Source: the human T2T-CHM13v2.0 reference genome, Homo sapiens
Length of the DNA stretch: 64,000 nt
Strand: one strand, 5' to 3'
Assembly (NCBI RefSeq): GCF_009914755.1
Contig: NC_060940.1
Shown piece after piece: positions 1 through 10,140 of the stretch. Below the pieces are notes generated by a model that did not search any database, was not told where the DNA came from, and was given only the letters and a program-made list of their open reading frames with translations. Every line of letters begins with the position of its first letter. Positions within the stretch are counted from its first letter, which is position 1. The position numbers and the translations under genes are program-made.

Positions 1-1121
1 TATTCCCCTAGAAAGAGATTCAATTGGAAACCATTAATATGCTGGTCCCAGAGGTGGACAATCACTTAGGGAGATAATTTCATTCTCCTCCGGCTCCCTG
101 GCTCCGGGATGCTCCCCCGCTCCCCAGCTCCACGCAGATAATGAGGGAAGCAGTGCCACACTTTCCCTCCTCTGACCTAATTGATTATCCCCACACACCT
201 TGGAGTGCTTTGCATAACCAGCCCCGACAGCAGGAACCCCTTCCAGGAGGAGTGATTGACATATTTTATTTCTAATTGAAGCTTAATCAGAACCAGGGAT
301 GAGATTCCCATAGTCTCTCTCCTTCTCTCCTTCCTGGTTTCCCTTTAAGATTTTAAGGACAGACAATAAGGGATGGAGGCATTCCAGGGACCCCTGAGAG
401 GAGGGAGATGAGGGGAGGGCTTAGGGAGGAGGTTCTGGGAGGAAGAGAAGAGATGGGAACTCAGTCAAGTGAAAGAGATGCCAAGAGGACTATCTCCTCT
501 TCCCTCTTTCAGCTGAGAAGCTGAGATTCTTTTATTGTTGTTGTTTTGATTAGGTTATCTTATTGGGGTCAACTTAGGACCAGTTGAGGGCTCATGTGTT
601 CTATGGGATAAGAGAAAATACGGATGCATGGGGACTGCTCCTAGGTTTATGCCAAGTCTCCTCTGGTACCTAAATATACTGCTTTATCAGTGGGGACAGA
701 AGGTGGCTCATGCAAGGACCATTATCCCTGGGATGTGGCCTGAGAAGCTGACCTTACTTCACGGTCTCCACCAGAGAAAGACCTAGAGACCCACACTCAG
801 GCATCTTCAAGCCCCGCCTGCTTCTCCATACCATCTGGCTGTGAGCAGATCCCCTGCCTCCTCTTGGGTGATGTTCAGTGTAGTGAGGCCACCTAACCTC
901 TGCTGTCACCTCCCTCTCTGCTGTGCCCCTGCCTGGGAAGTTCCCCTCTCTTGCTTAGCTGAGCTGGAGTTGCAAAGGATCCTGGGATGCCTGAATGCAG
1001 ACACCTCACTTTTATGACTAATGAAAGGGGTGGAGTGGAATACTGCTGGGAGTTTAAGAAGCGAAATGGGAGATTCTGACATGTAATTTTAATAGTAAAA
1101 TGACCAGGTTCTGAGGATCAA

Positions 1122-1417
1122 GCCTGTAATCCCAGTGCTTTGGGAGGCTGAGGTGGGAGGATTGCTTGAGGCCAGGAGTTCAAGATCAGCCTGAGCAACA
1201 TAGAGAGACCCTGTCTCTAAAAAATAAAAAAAATAGCTGGGCGTGGTGGTGTGTGCCTGTAGTTCCGGTGAATAGAAGGCTGACACGGGAGGATCATTTG
1301 AGCCCAGAAGTTTGAAGTTGCAGTGAGCTATGATTGTACCAGCTGGGGCAACAGGCTGGGCAATACTCCAGCCTGGGCAGCAGAGTGAGATCCTGTCTCT
1401 AAATTAAAGAAAAAAAG
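1122..1417 (+). mobile_element. Alu (AluJ-like, 5' truncated)
   Basis: cctgtaatcccag...gggaggctgagg..., two arms and an A tail. Confidence 0.9.
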
Positions 1418-1494
1418 AGTAAGATTGCTTCTGCCTACCTACCTCGTGTCAGCCCTGGACATGCTTCCTCTCAGCCTAAAAACTGCCCCCTTCG

Positions 1495-1600
1495 CCCTCA
1501 TTATTTCCATTTTGCAGATGAGGAGATAAGGGCTCAGAGAAGTGAATTGTCTGCCTCGGGTTTCACAGGGGGTAAGTGGGAGTAGAGTCGGTGCCACAGC
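1495..1600 (-). mobile_element. MIR fragment
   Basis: ccattttgcagatgaggagataagggctcagagaagtgaa MIR core. Confidence 0.7.
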
Positions 1601-1659
1601 TAAGCTTGTGAGGCGTGAGCTGTTGAGGTGTCGGAGTGCTCTCCTTGTAAAGTCATTCA

Positions 1660-3300
1660 ATGTTCCGGCCTCAGGTCCAAGTCCGCGAGGATGGGCGGGC
1701 TCCACGTCTGGGGGCGCTGTGAGCAGGGCCAGAGCGAAACCTCAGTCTGAGTTTACGAACTGGGAAGGAGCCTGAACCCCAGAAACACCGTTAACAAAGA
1801 GGGCGAACGCTAGGGAGCCGAGGAGACGTCTCCTTGGCCTCTGGGGAAGGGGCTGGAGGAGCGAGCCAGCTGAGAAGCGGCTTTGCCGGGTGTCCACTAG
1901 CGGTTCGCCAGCCCTCTGTGCGCCCGCAGAGTGACGCAGAGGCCGACACAGTCCCCTCCCCACTCGCCCCTGGGGCGCCGCCGCACCTTGATCACCCCCT
2001 TCGCGGAGGGAACTCCCAAGGCGCGGCGCTGGCCGCTGGGTCCGCATGGCCCAGTCCTGTCGGGCTCCGCTCTGCTGCCGCCGAGCTTCGAAGGTGTGCA
2101 GTGTTGAGCCGTGTCTTGTTCCGTGGCTTCGAGGGGTGTGCGCGCTTCCTATACCTCCCCGGAACGCGCGAGATAGTCACACGCGCCACTTTGAGGGTCA
2201 AACACCCCGCATCTGGCCACACTGTACCTTTACTAACGTGGGGAGGGGGCAAAAAAATGTGTCTCTCCTTCTTACCCCGAGGTGTCACTCGCCCAAACAC
2301 TCCCTACAACTTCTTCAAGTCAAACTTGGGCAAGGTTGGCTGGCTGACTGCGAGAGGAAAAAGAGGGCGCGGAGGGGGCGCGGCGCGCGGCCGGGTGTAG
2401 AGGCCACGGAGGCGAGGCGCCGAGCGTCCCCTTTGTCCTGTAGAGGGAGCTCCAGCCCCAAATTTCCCTGCTGCCTCCCCCGGCCCGCCCACCCCAGGCC
2501 CGCCTGGAGCCGGAATCCCGGCTGGAAAGGTGCGGCGGTCTGACACCCCCGCAACCCCCGCGCCGGGGCCTTAGCAGGATGCCTCTTCTAGGGCACGTGG
2601 GAAAACCCACCAGGGTGCCAAGACGCACAGATGCTCCCAGGACCCGGGCTCCCCAACTCTCAACTAGAGCTGGGCAGTCACACATCATCTAGAGGATTAT
2701 GTACCCCTAGGCGACCCTCTTCTCCATATCCGCCTCCACCGTCACCCCACACCCTGGCATCTATAAAGAGGGAAGGGGGGCAACCGGGTTGGAAGGAGGA
2801 TGGAATCTGGGCTTGCACAGCCTCTTATAGGTAACAGTGAGAAAGCCTCAACTGTGTCGATCAAAGAATGGGGACGAAGGGAGTGATGAGAACACGACCC
2901 CGCCACCCGCGCAGGCTAACCCCGTTGTGTCCAGACCCTTCTCTAAATCTCTTGGCAAGGTCACCAGAGAAGGATCCAAGCCCCCGCGGTTGCTCCCGTA
3001 GACAAGCGGGTCGGGCCCAGATTCCCGGCTCTCAGCAAAGAAGCTTGCCGGGGTCTCCCACCTGTCTCCTGCTCCCGTTTTCTCGGCCGCCCCAGGTACT
3101 TTTCCAGCCACCTCTCCTGCTGCGGCGCCCCCAGCCCCGCCACTTCTGCGCCTCCTCAGCTATTGCTGTCCTTTGACTACTCGGTCCCGATTCGTCTCTC
3201 GTCCTTTCCCGCGAATTCTTCAAACAACCGAGGGGAGAAAAAACCCAAAAAACAAAAAACCACCAAACAGATCCGTCGAGGGGGCAGACAGGCGGGTTAT
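1660..3300. promoter_or_regulatory. CpG island downstream of the IRX3 3' end
   Basis: Visibly high GC and CpG density in non-repeat sequence. Confidence 0.7.
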
Positions 3301-3678
3301 AGTCAAAGTGGCAGCAGCTCATTTATTTAGCCAAAAATAGATACTTTCTCGTACAATTTGGTTCACACATATGTACATTTCTCTGTATATATACACACAC
3401 ACAAAGGCAGACACGTTTATTCTCACTGAAACTCCACCCCCCAAAATCAACCGGACAAACAAACCTCACAGCGAATGCGGGGTGCCACAGAAGCGACTTG
3501 GGGAGGGCTGAGGAGGACTGGTTTTATTTCTTTTTCTTACTTTCTTTGTTTAGTTTTGCTTTTAGGTATTTATACACGGACATGCTTACAAGTTGTAACT
3601 ATACAGAGCGATTTTTTTTATACAATTATTACAACGATTAAAAAAAGTTTTTTTTGTTTTTTTGTTTTTTTTAAAGAA
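3300..3678 (-). other. IRX3: IRX3 3' UTR (approximate 3' end)
   Basis: AT-rich segment after the stop codon; AATAAA hexamers on the minus strand at 3523-3528, 3416-3421 and 3322-3327. Confidence 0.8.
3322..3327 (-). terminator. Probable main polyadenylation signal of IRX3
   Basis: AATAAA with upstream UGUA elements and a strong downstream GU/U-rich element (plus-strand A/C-rich run ~3238-3270). Confidence 0.75.
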
Positions 3679-3733
3679 CTAGGATGAGGAGAGAGCCGAT
3701 AAGACCAGGGCGGCGTCCAGATGGTTCTGGGGC
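3679..3733 (-). CDS. IRX3: IRX3 coding part of exon 4 ([17 protein letters not shown])
   Basis: Acceptor ctctctcttccag| at 3733; TAG stop at 3681-3679. Confidence 0.93.
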
Positions 3734-6043
3734 CTGGAAGAGAGAGACAGTAGTAGCAAAAGAGGTGAGATTCAGGAGCGCAGAGGCTGCCTAGGGCGGG
3801 GAGATCCTACTTGGATTGGGGCCGATCGTCAGGAAGGTGTCGCAATGTAAAATTATGTCCAGTTGTAGATGTGTGTGTTGGGGTTTAACTGTAGGGTGGG
3901 CACGAGGCGTCAGGACCCGAGGTCTGGGGCTGGAAAGAGGTGGGCGTCAGAGAACCGCCACCCGCCCCAGGGGCCTGTGGGCCCAGCCACGCAAGGCTTC
4001 CCCTAGAAGGTACAAGCGCTGTACCCTCCGGCCGCGCCTGGGGTGCCTGGGCTGGACCTGGAGAGCTGTCGCAGGGCCGACAGGGGCGACTGAAAAAGTG
4101 ACTTTCGTCCCCTTTTACAAAATGCGTCCCAGCAGGGTTCCCCCCTACCCCGGGGCAAAAGGCCGTGCGTGGTGCTCGGCGTTCTCTCCTTTCCCCGCCA
4201 GCCAGTCCCCCTGGCCCCTCAACCTCGGGGTTTCTTACCGCCTGGGCACGGGCTGGAAAGCTGTCTTGAGTAACTTTTTCTCCACTTCCAAGGCACTACA
4301 GCGATCTAAGGGAAGCGGGGGAAGAAAAAGGAGGGCCTTTAGAGCGCTCGGTGCCGGCGCCCAGGGCCGCAGAAAGCAGGAGTGGAGAGGGACGCGCGCC
4401 CTGCGCCCCCCGGGCCCTGCCCCTCCCGGCCAGCTCCGGCACTACCCGCAGAGCCCGCCCCCGCTCCGCGCCCAGCGCTCAGCAGTCACCTGTTCCGCCT
4501 TCGGGCTCCGCTGGCCGAGCGAAGGCGGCGGCGGCAGCCGGGTGGCCCGCGGCTCCGGGAAGTCCCAGCAGGTGCGGAGGGGCAGAGCCCAGCAGGGAGA
4601 GCGGGTGCGGGCGGGGGCCGGGCGGTGGGCCTGGAAACGGCCGGTTGGTCCAAGCCGGGAACTTGCCCAGCGGCGCTGAGACCAGTCTGTGAGCGGCGGC
4701 GGCGGCGGCGGCCGGAGAGAGCTGCAGGGCGGAAGGCGCGACCGCTGCCCCCGGTGGAGACCCCCCCGCGCCGGGAGGCGAGCGGCGCGGGTTGTCCGGG
4801 CTTGTGGCAGTCTCCGCGAGGGACCAGATCTTGGGCTTCTGCAGGGCGGAGGCGGGGGCTGGTGCGGGAGCGCAGGGGTCCAGGCTCACGGGGGGCGACG
4901 GCAGAGACGGCGAGGCCACGGCCACTGGTGGTGGCGCTGGAGCCAGACTCAGGACCGGTAGTGGCCGGTCCTCTAAGCCCTCAGAGCTATCTTCCGAGTC
5001 GCTATTTTTGGAGTCCGAAATGGGTCCCAGGCCTAGGTCGCCATCCCTGCGCGCCGCCCCAGCCAGGGACAGCTCAGGCTCGGTGGCCGCGCCGTCTAAG
5101 TTCTCCAAATCGATCTCCTCGTCCTCGTCGTCGTCAGCCAGGCCCTCGCCCCCCGTGTCCTCCTCCTCCCCCCCGAGCTCCTCCTCCTCCAGCTCTAGCT
5201 CGCGTTTGCCGTCCTCCTCGTCCTCCTCTTCGTCTTCCTCCTCGCGCTCGCTCCCATAAGCGTTTCCCTCCTCGTCAGTGCGGCTGCGAGGCGCCCAAGT
5301 CATCTTATTCTCCTTCTTGAGGCGCCGGCGCGCGTTGGCGAACCAGGTGGACACCTGGGTGAGGGTCATCTTGGTGATGATGGCCAGCATGATCTTCTCG
5401 CCCTTGGTGGGGTAGGGGTTCTTGCGGTGCTCGTTGAGCCAGGCCTTCAGCGTGCTGGTGCTCTCCCTGGTGGCGTTCTTGGGACGGGACGGGTCCCCGA
5501 ACTGGTACTGGCCATACGGGTAGAAGGCGGGGTGCGGGTGCGGAAACGCGGCAGCCGCGGCCGGATGCTGCACCCCGGGGCTGTCCTTCAGCTCATACTG
5601 CGCGCCCTGTACGCACATGGAGAAGGAAGGGACACGCGCGGAGGGAGCGCGGGTGAGCCCCAGCCATCGCTGCCTCCCCCCTCCTGGCCTGCACCCCTCT
5701 AGTCCGGCCCCCGCGCGCTCAGCTCGCCCTGCGCCCCAGCGCCAACCCCTCCTTCCCTGGCTCCGCGGGCTCTTACCAGCTGCGGGAAGATGGGCAGCTC
5801 CGCGGCGTAGGGCAGGAAGGCGCCGTAGCCTTGGGCGGCGGCGGCCGCAGCGGCCGCGGCGTAGGGCGCCCCGTACACGGACGAGAGCACGTTGGACAGG
5901 GACCCCGAGGCGTTCAGCTCCGAGGCTCCGGCACCCAGGCCGCCCCGGGCCCCCGCGCTGCCGCCGCTGCCGCCAGCGGCCCCCGGGCGCTCGGACGGGT
6001 AAAGCGGGCGGATGTATTGGTATCCCAGCTGGGGGAAGGACAT
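3679..6043 (-). CDS. IRX3: Iroquois homeobox protein 3, spliced CDS (4 coding exons: 5777-6043, 4490-5606, 4239-4305, 3679-3733; 501 aa)
   Basis: Starts [10 protein letters not shown] in a gccaccATG Kozak context. Contains a TALE homeodomain ([52 protein letters not shown]), an acidic tract and the IRO box [12 protein letters not shown], and ends [12 protein letters not shown]. Exon lengths 267+1117+67+55=1506 nt keep frame, with GT-AG at every junction. Confidence 0.98.
4239..4305 (-). CDS. IRX3: IRX3 coding exon 3 ([23 protein letters not shown])
   Basis: Polypyrimidine tract plus cttag| acceptor at 4305; CG|gtaag donor at 4238; phases compatible with exons 2 and 4. Confidence 0.93.
4490..5606 (-). 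CDS. IRX3: IRX3 coding exon 2 (homeodomain ~5307-5495, acidic region, IRO box ~4803-4838)
   Basis: Acceptor acag|GGCGCGCAG at 5606; donor ACAG|gtgact at 4489; matches ORF 4479..5618. Confidence 0.97.
5777..6043 (-). CDS. IRX3: IRX3 coding exon 1 (aa 1-89)
   Basis: ATG at 6043 (cat 6041-6043); donor CTG|gtaag at 5776; 9-Ala tract at 5834-5860. Confidence 0.97.
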
Positions 6044-6790
6044 GGTGGCCCGCGGGGCACGGACGGAGAGGGGGCCCGACCCCCGGGCCGCCCAGCTCAG
6101 CGCCGCCCGCGGGCTCCGGCGCGCATCGGGGGCTGGGCCGGGCTTGGGGCCGCGCTGCCGCCCGCGCTGCGCTGTGCTCCGCGTTCGCCTATTGATCTGC
6201 TCCGCGGCGGCGACGGCGGCGGCGAGGGCGGCGGCGAGGAGCCAGGTCAGGTCCGAACAGATTGGCGGAGATTCCCGGGGCTCCGGGCTCTGATTGACAT
6301 TTCTACGGGGCGCAAGCCCCTCCTCTCTGCGCCGCGCTCCCTCCTCTCGGCCGCCGGAGCTGCCTCTGCCCGCTCCTCGCTCCTCACTGCCCTCCTCTCC
6401 CCAGCAGTGTCGCGCCTCGCTTCCTTCGCCCTCCTCTAGTTTTCACTCCCCCTCCTCGCCCTTCCTCTCCCCTCCCCTCTCCGCACTCCTCTTCCCCCCA
6501 GGATCGCTTCCGCTGCTTCGGGCTCCTGCACTGCCCTGGACGCTATGAAACTCTCCTTTCTCCTCTCCCCTTCTCTTTCCCTTTCTCACGAGGGCTTTTG
6601 CTCTCCGGTCCGTTCCCTTCACTTCTTCCTTTCTCACTACTTCTATTTTGTAAATCTCTCTCTTTACTCACACGATACTCCCCGCGACCTTTCCAGCCTC
6701 TGCGCCCTGGGCTAAGTAAGGCAGCCAAAAGTTGTGGACACTTAGGGTGCCGCGCGGGGGGTGTGTGTCGGTGTCTGTCTGTCCATCCCC
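6044..6790 (-). other. IRX3: IRX3 5' UTR / transcription start region (TSS not resolvable from sequence)
   Basis: GC-rich leader with a purine-rich (sense) tract at ~6310-6680; promoter motifs lie just upstream. Confidence 0.5.
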
Positions 6791-6829
6791 GCCCTTCCAC
6801 CCCCTCCCTCGCCTTTCCCCAAATCTCGG

Positions 6830-6970
6830 GTCTGACGTCGCGCCCTCTTATTCGACTTTTCCCCGCGTCTCTTCCCCGAGTCGCCAATCGCCTGGGCGCC
6901 TTACGGGCGAGGCCGCCCACCCCCGCGGATCCCGCGCGCGGGGCGGGGCGGGGCAGGGGCGGGAGCCGGA
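6830..6970. promoter_or_regulatory. IRX3 proximal promoter: CRE-like TGACGTC, CCAAT box, tandem GC boxes
   Basis: tgacgtc at ~6833, ccaat at ~6884, ggggcggggcggggc at ~6940-6954 (Sp/KLF sites, G4-capable), inside the CpG island upstream of exon 1. Confidence 0.55.
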
Positions 6971-9744
6971 GCGCCGCGAGTCCCTGCCCGCCCCCTCCTG
7001 CTCGCGCCGGGCGGGGGAGCGAGAGGCGCGGGGACTGGGTGAGTGCAGGGTCAGCTCGCCCCTCCCGCCTCCCGCCCCTCCGAGCCTGTCCCCAGGCTGA
7101 GGCGCGGGACCTGGGCCGAGGCTGGCTCCGGGAGCTCCCCTGTGCCCGGGCCCCTTTTACAGCTCGCACCTCTCGACTCCCGGCCACTTTCAGCAGCTTA
7201 GGGAGGGAGCTAGCAGCCGGCGTGGGGGTGGGGAGCGAGGGAGTGCGTCCTAACAGAGTCTCCAGAGGCCACCTCGCTGCCCTGCGGGGGCGAGGCAGCC
7301 CCCAACCCAGCAAGACCAAACCCAGAGATTAGCCACTTAACGCCGCCCCCGGGTCCGTGTGCGAATCCCTTACTAAAAATGGCGGGCTGGCTCCGGGGGC
7401 TGAAGGGTGGCAGCCCGGGGGCACTGGAAGGGTAGGGAGCCGCCACAAATCGGTGAAGCAGGCCCGCGCCCCAGGCGGCTGGGAATGGGGGAGGAGCAGG
7501 GCGCCGGGGGACGGAGGCCCTAGGAACTTTTGGAGAGCTCTTCGAGAAGTTTCTGTATTGGCGTTTTTGTCTGTGGAGATCCTTCCTTGCGCGACCCCTA
7601 CCCCTTCTCCCGGTCCCGGCGCTAACCTCTTTTCTCTCTGCAAGGATCCTCCCACCGCCTCCGGTGGGGATGGAAAGCAAGAGTTTTGGTTTAATGATGG
7701 GATATTTCCTAAATCAAACTTGAAATCTCAGGATCGGGCGCCCACCTTCACGGATTAGGGCGTGCAGTCGATAGCGGCATTGAAATTCCCAGCATTGCCG
7801 CGGCTGGGGGCTCAGAGCTTTAGGCCGCGGCGGCGACCCACAAGCCGGCCAGGCCTGCAGTGGGCACGCCCCGGAGACAAAACGGGGGTGGTGACTCTGC
7901 CGTGGAGTGGCCAGCCCCAGCTCGGAGGCGGAAACCGTCACCTTGCATGGATGGATCCAGGAATCGAATTCGAATTCCACCAGAGTGGCGGGATCAGAGG
8001 AGATCAGAGGGTCTTGGCCCCGGCTGTCTCTGATCACAGCTCTGGGGAGCCCAGCTCTGGAATGAAAAATTCTTCCACCTCCACGGCAGACACCCAGTTT
8101 TGATCCCACCCCCACCGCCCACCTCCCACTTCCCACCTCCCACCTCTTTCCGTGGGTCTTGGCACAAGCCCACGGCCCTAGTAGGTGTGAACGCCAAAAA
8201 CCTTGCGCGGGCGGGATGGGGGCGGGGAGGAAACAAGGGAAAGTTTGGGGAGGACCAGGTTTTGGGGGCAATGAGGGAAAGCGGGGTATTCCCAGACTGC
8301 ATCTGAGTAGTTTCCCTATCACCTTCTCTTCCGCCTCTGCCTGGTGCTGGGGAGCCTGGTGCCTTCTCAGGAGCCTCGCCGGAGGAGGCGTCATCAGGGT
8401 CCGCCCTGGCTTTGAAATATCTCTTCGACGCCTGATTTCGTTTCCCGTTAAACCTCACAGAGAGTGGCATAGGGAATGTTGGGCTCACTTTCACGCGAAG
8501 AAACTTGGGGTTACAAAATTGAGAGTAACGTTATTTTCCGGGATGTTTCCTAGGTGTCAGACCTCGAGCCTCGACGGCCCTGAAGTCATAGTGTTTGTAC
8601 AAAGTGGTGGCACCAGACCAGGAGGAGCTGAGAGCGAGATTCCGAGGTGGGGGGAATGGGGCTGCGCTGTAAGTGACCGAGTGAGACTCCCGATATTTAA
8701 TTTAGCTTTTTTCAGAAGGAAAAGAAAAAACAATAATGAGCCTCGGAGATGCTCCTTCTGCATTAACCAGCTATCGACCTGTCTGCGTCGGACTGCGGGC
8801 GGCGAGAAAGAGGACAGGGAAGGGCCAGGCGGCTCTTAGGGACTCAGTCACGCCGGCGGGTGGGGGGGGGGGCGCCCACAGCCCAGGGGATGAACCTCCA
8901 GACCGAGACGTGCACCCAAGAACCTCGCATATTAGATCCCTCCAGGCTCCCCAGGCTTCGAGCAGAAGCGGCCTCCTGGCTACCCTACTTTCCAATTGAG
9001 AACAGCCCTGGTCTGTCCGGGCCATCTGCGCGCCACGTCGAGACTCAGCGTCCCAGGCAGCCGCGTCCCAACGTGGCGCTGGTCCCCCAACTCGACAGGT
9101 CCAGTGGAGCCCGGCTGTGGGCTGAACTCGAGGGTCCGAGGGCAGCTGAACCTTTTCCAGGGATTTTTAATCCAACAGATTAAATGGGTCAGAGTGACAC
9201 ACTCGTACAGGGAAGAAAAGCAGGTGCACAGAAGTAGATTTGGGAAAGTCGCGCGCACGAACGCGCTTCACGCAGAAGCTTCTCCATCATCTTGCCTTCT
9301 TTCAACATTCCCAGCGCACAAAGCGCTTTGGAGACTGACTGCAGGCCCTCTCAATGCAGCCCAGGGAGCGGGGAGTGTTCGGAGAGGGTGTCTGTCCATC
9401 GCACACGCTTGGCGCGCGTGCGCCGGATGCGCACCGGGAACGGCTGCCCGACGTGTGCCCAGGGCCCGCGGCCCGCCAGGTTCTGGGGGCTGCGCCTCGC
9501 ACTTCACAAGAGGGGAGTCACCAGGCCCGCTTCCTGCCCCCTCCTCGCCCAGCCTCACGGTGCTCACACGTCCCCGTCGAGGGGAGCCGCGGCAGCCCTC
9601 GGACTCCCAGCCCCGGCTCATCTTCTATCCTTCCCTCCCAGGCCCTAAGTCCCCGGGCTGCGGTGCGGGCCGGCGATCTCTGAGCTTCCTGCAGGCGCTG
9701 CGGCGCGCGCTCCCACCGTTCCCTCCCCCTCGCGCTCGGGTTAC

Positions 9745-10140
9745 AGGTTAATGAAATGCTCGTTTTCCTCAGTCATTTGTTTTGTTTTCCTGCAAAGTTC
9801 TGATAAGTAGCTAACCAACGAAGCTTGTAATTACAATCTTACAGAAACCGGGCCGATCTGTATATAAATCTCACCATCCAATTACAAGATGTAATAATTT
9901 TGCACTCAAGCTGGTAATGAGGTCTAATACTCGTGCATGCGATAATCCCCTCTGGATGCTGGCTTGATCAGATGTTGGCTTTGTAATTAGACGGGCAGAA
10001 AATCATTATTTCATGTTCAAATAGAAAATGAGGTTGGTGGGAAGTTAATTTCTCTCCGCTCTGTGAAGCGTAGACAAGAATTTAATGATTTAATTACAGT
10101 TGTAAGCCCTTTCCATGAGACTTAAATTGAGCTGAGAATA
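9745..10140. promoter_or_regulatory. Probable highly conserved non-coding element (developmental enhancer) upstream of IRX3
   Basis: Abrupt AT-rich, non-repetitive island inside the CpG island, packed with TAAT/ATTA cores and the palindrome TTGTAATTACAA (9825-9836). Irx clusters are known to carry such elements. Confidence 0.75.

Noticed and set aside
3816-5320. Long plus-strand ORFs (287 aa at 3816-4679, 312 aa at 4382-5320) antisense to IRX3
   Set aside because: Arg/Pro/Gly-rich stop-poor shadows of a GC-rich coding strand; non-ATG starts and no recognisable domain.
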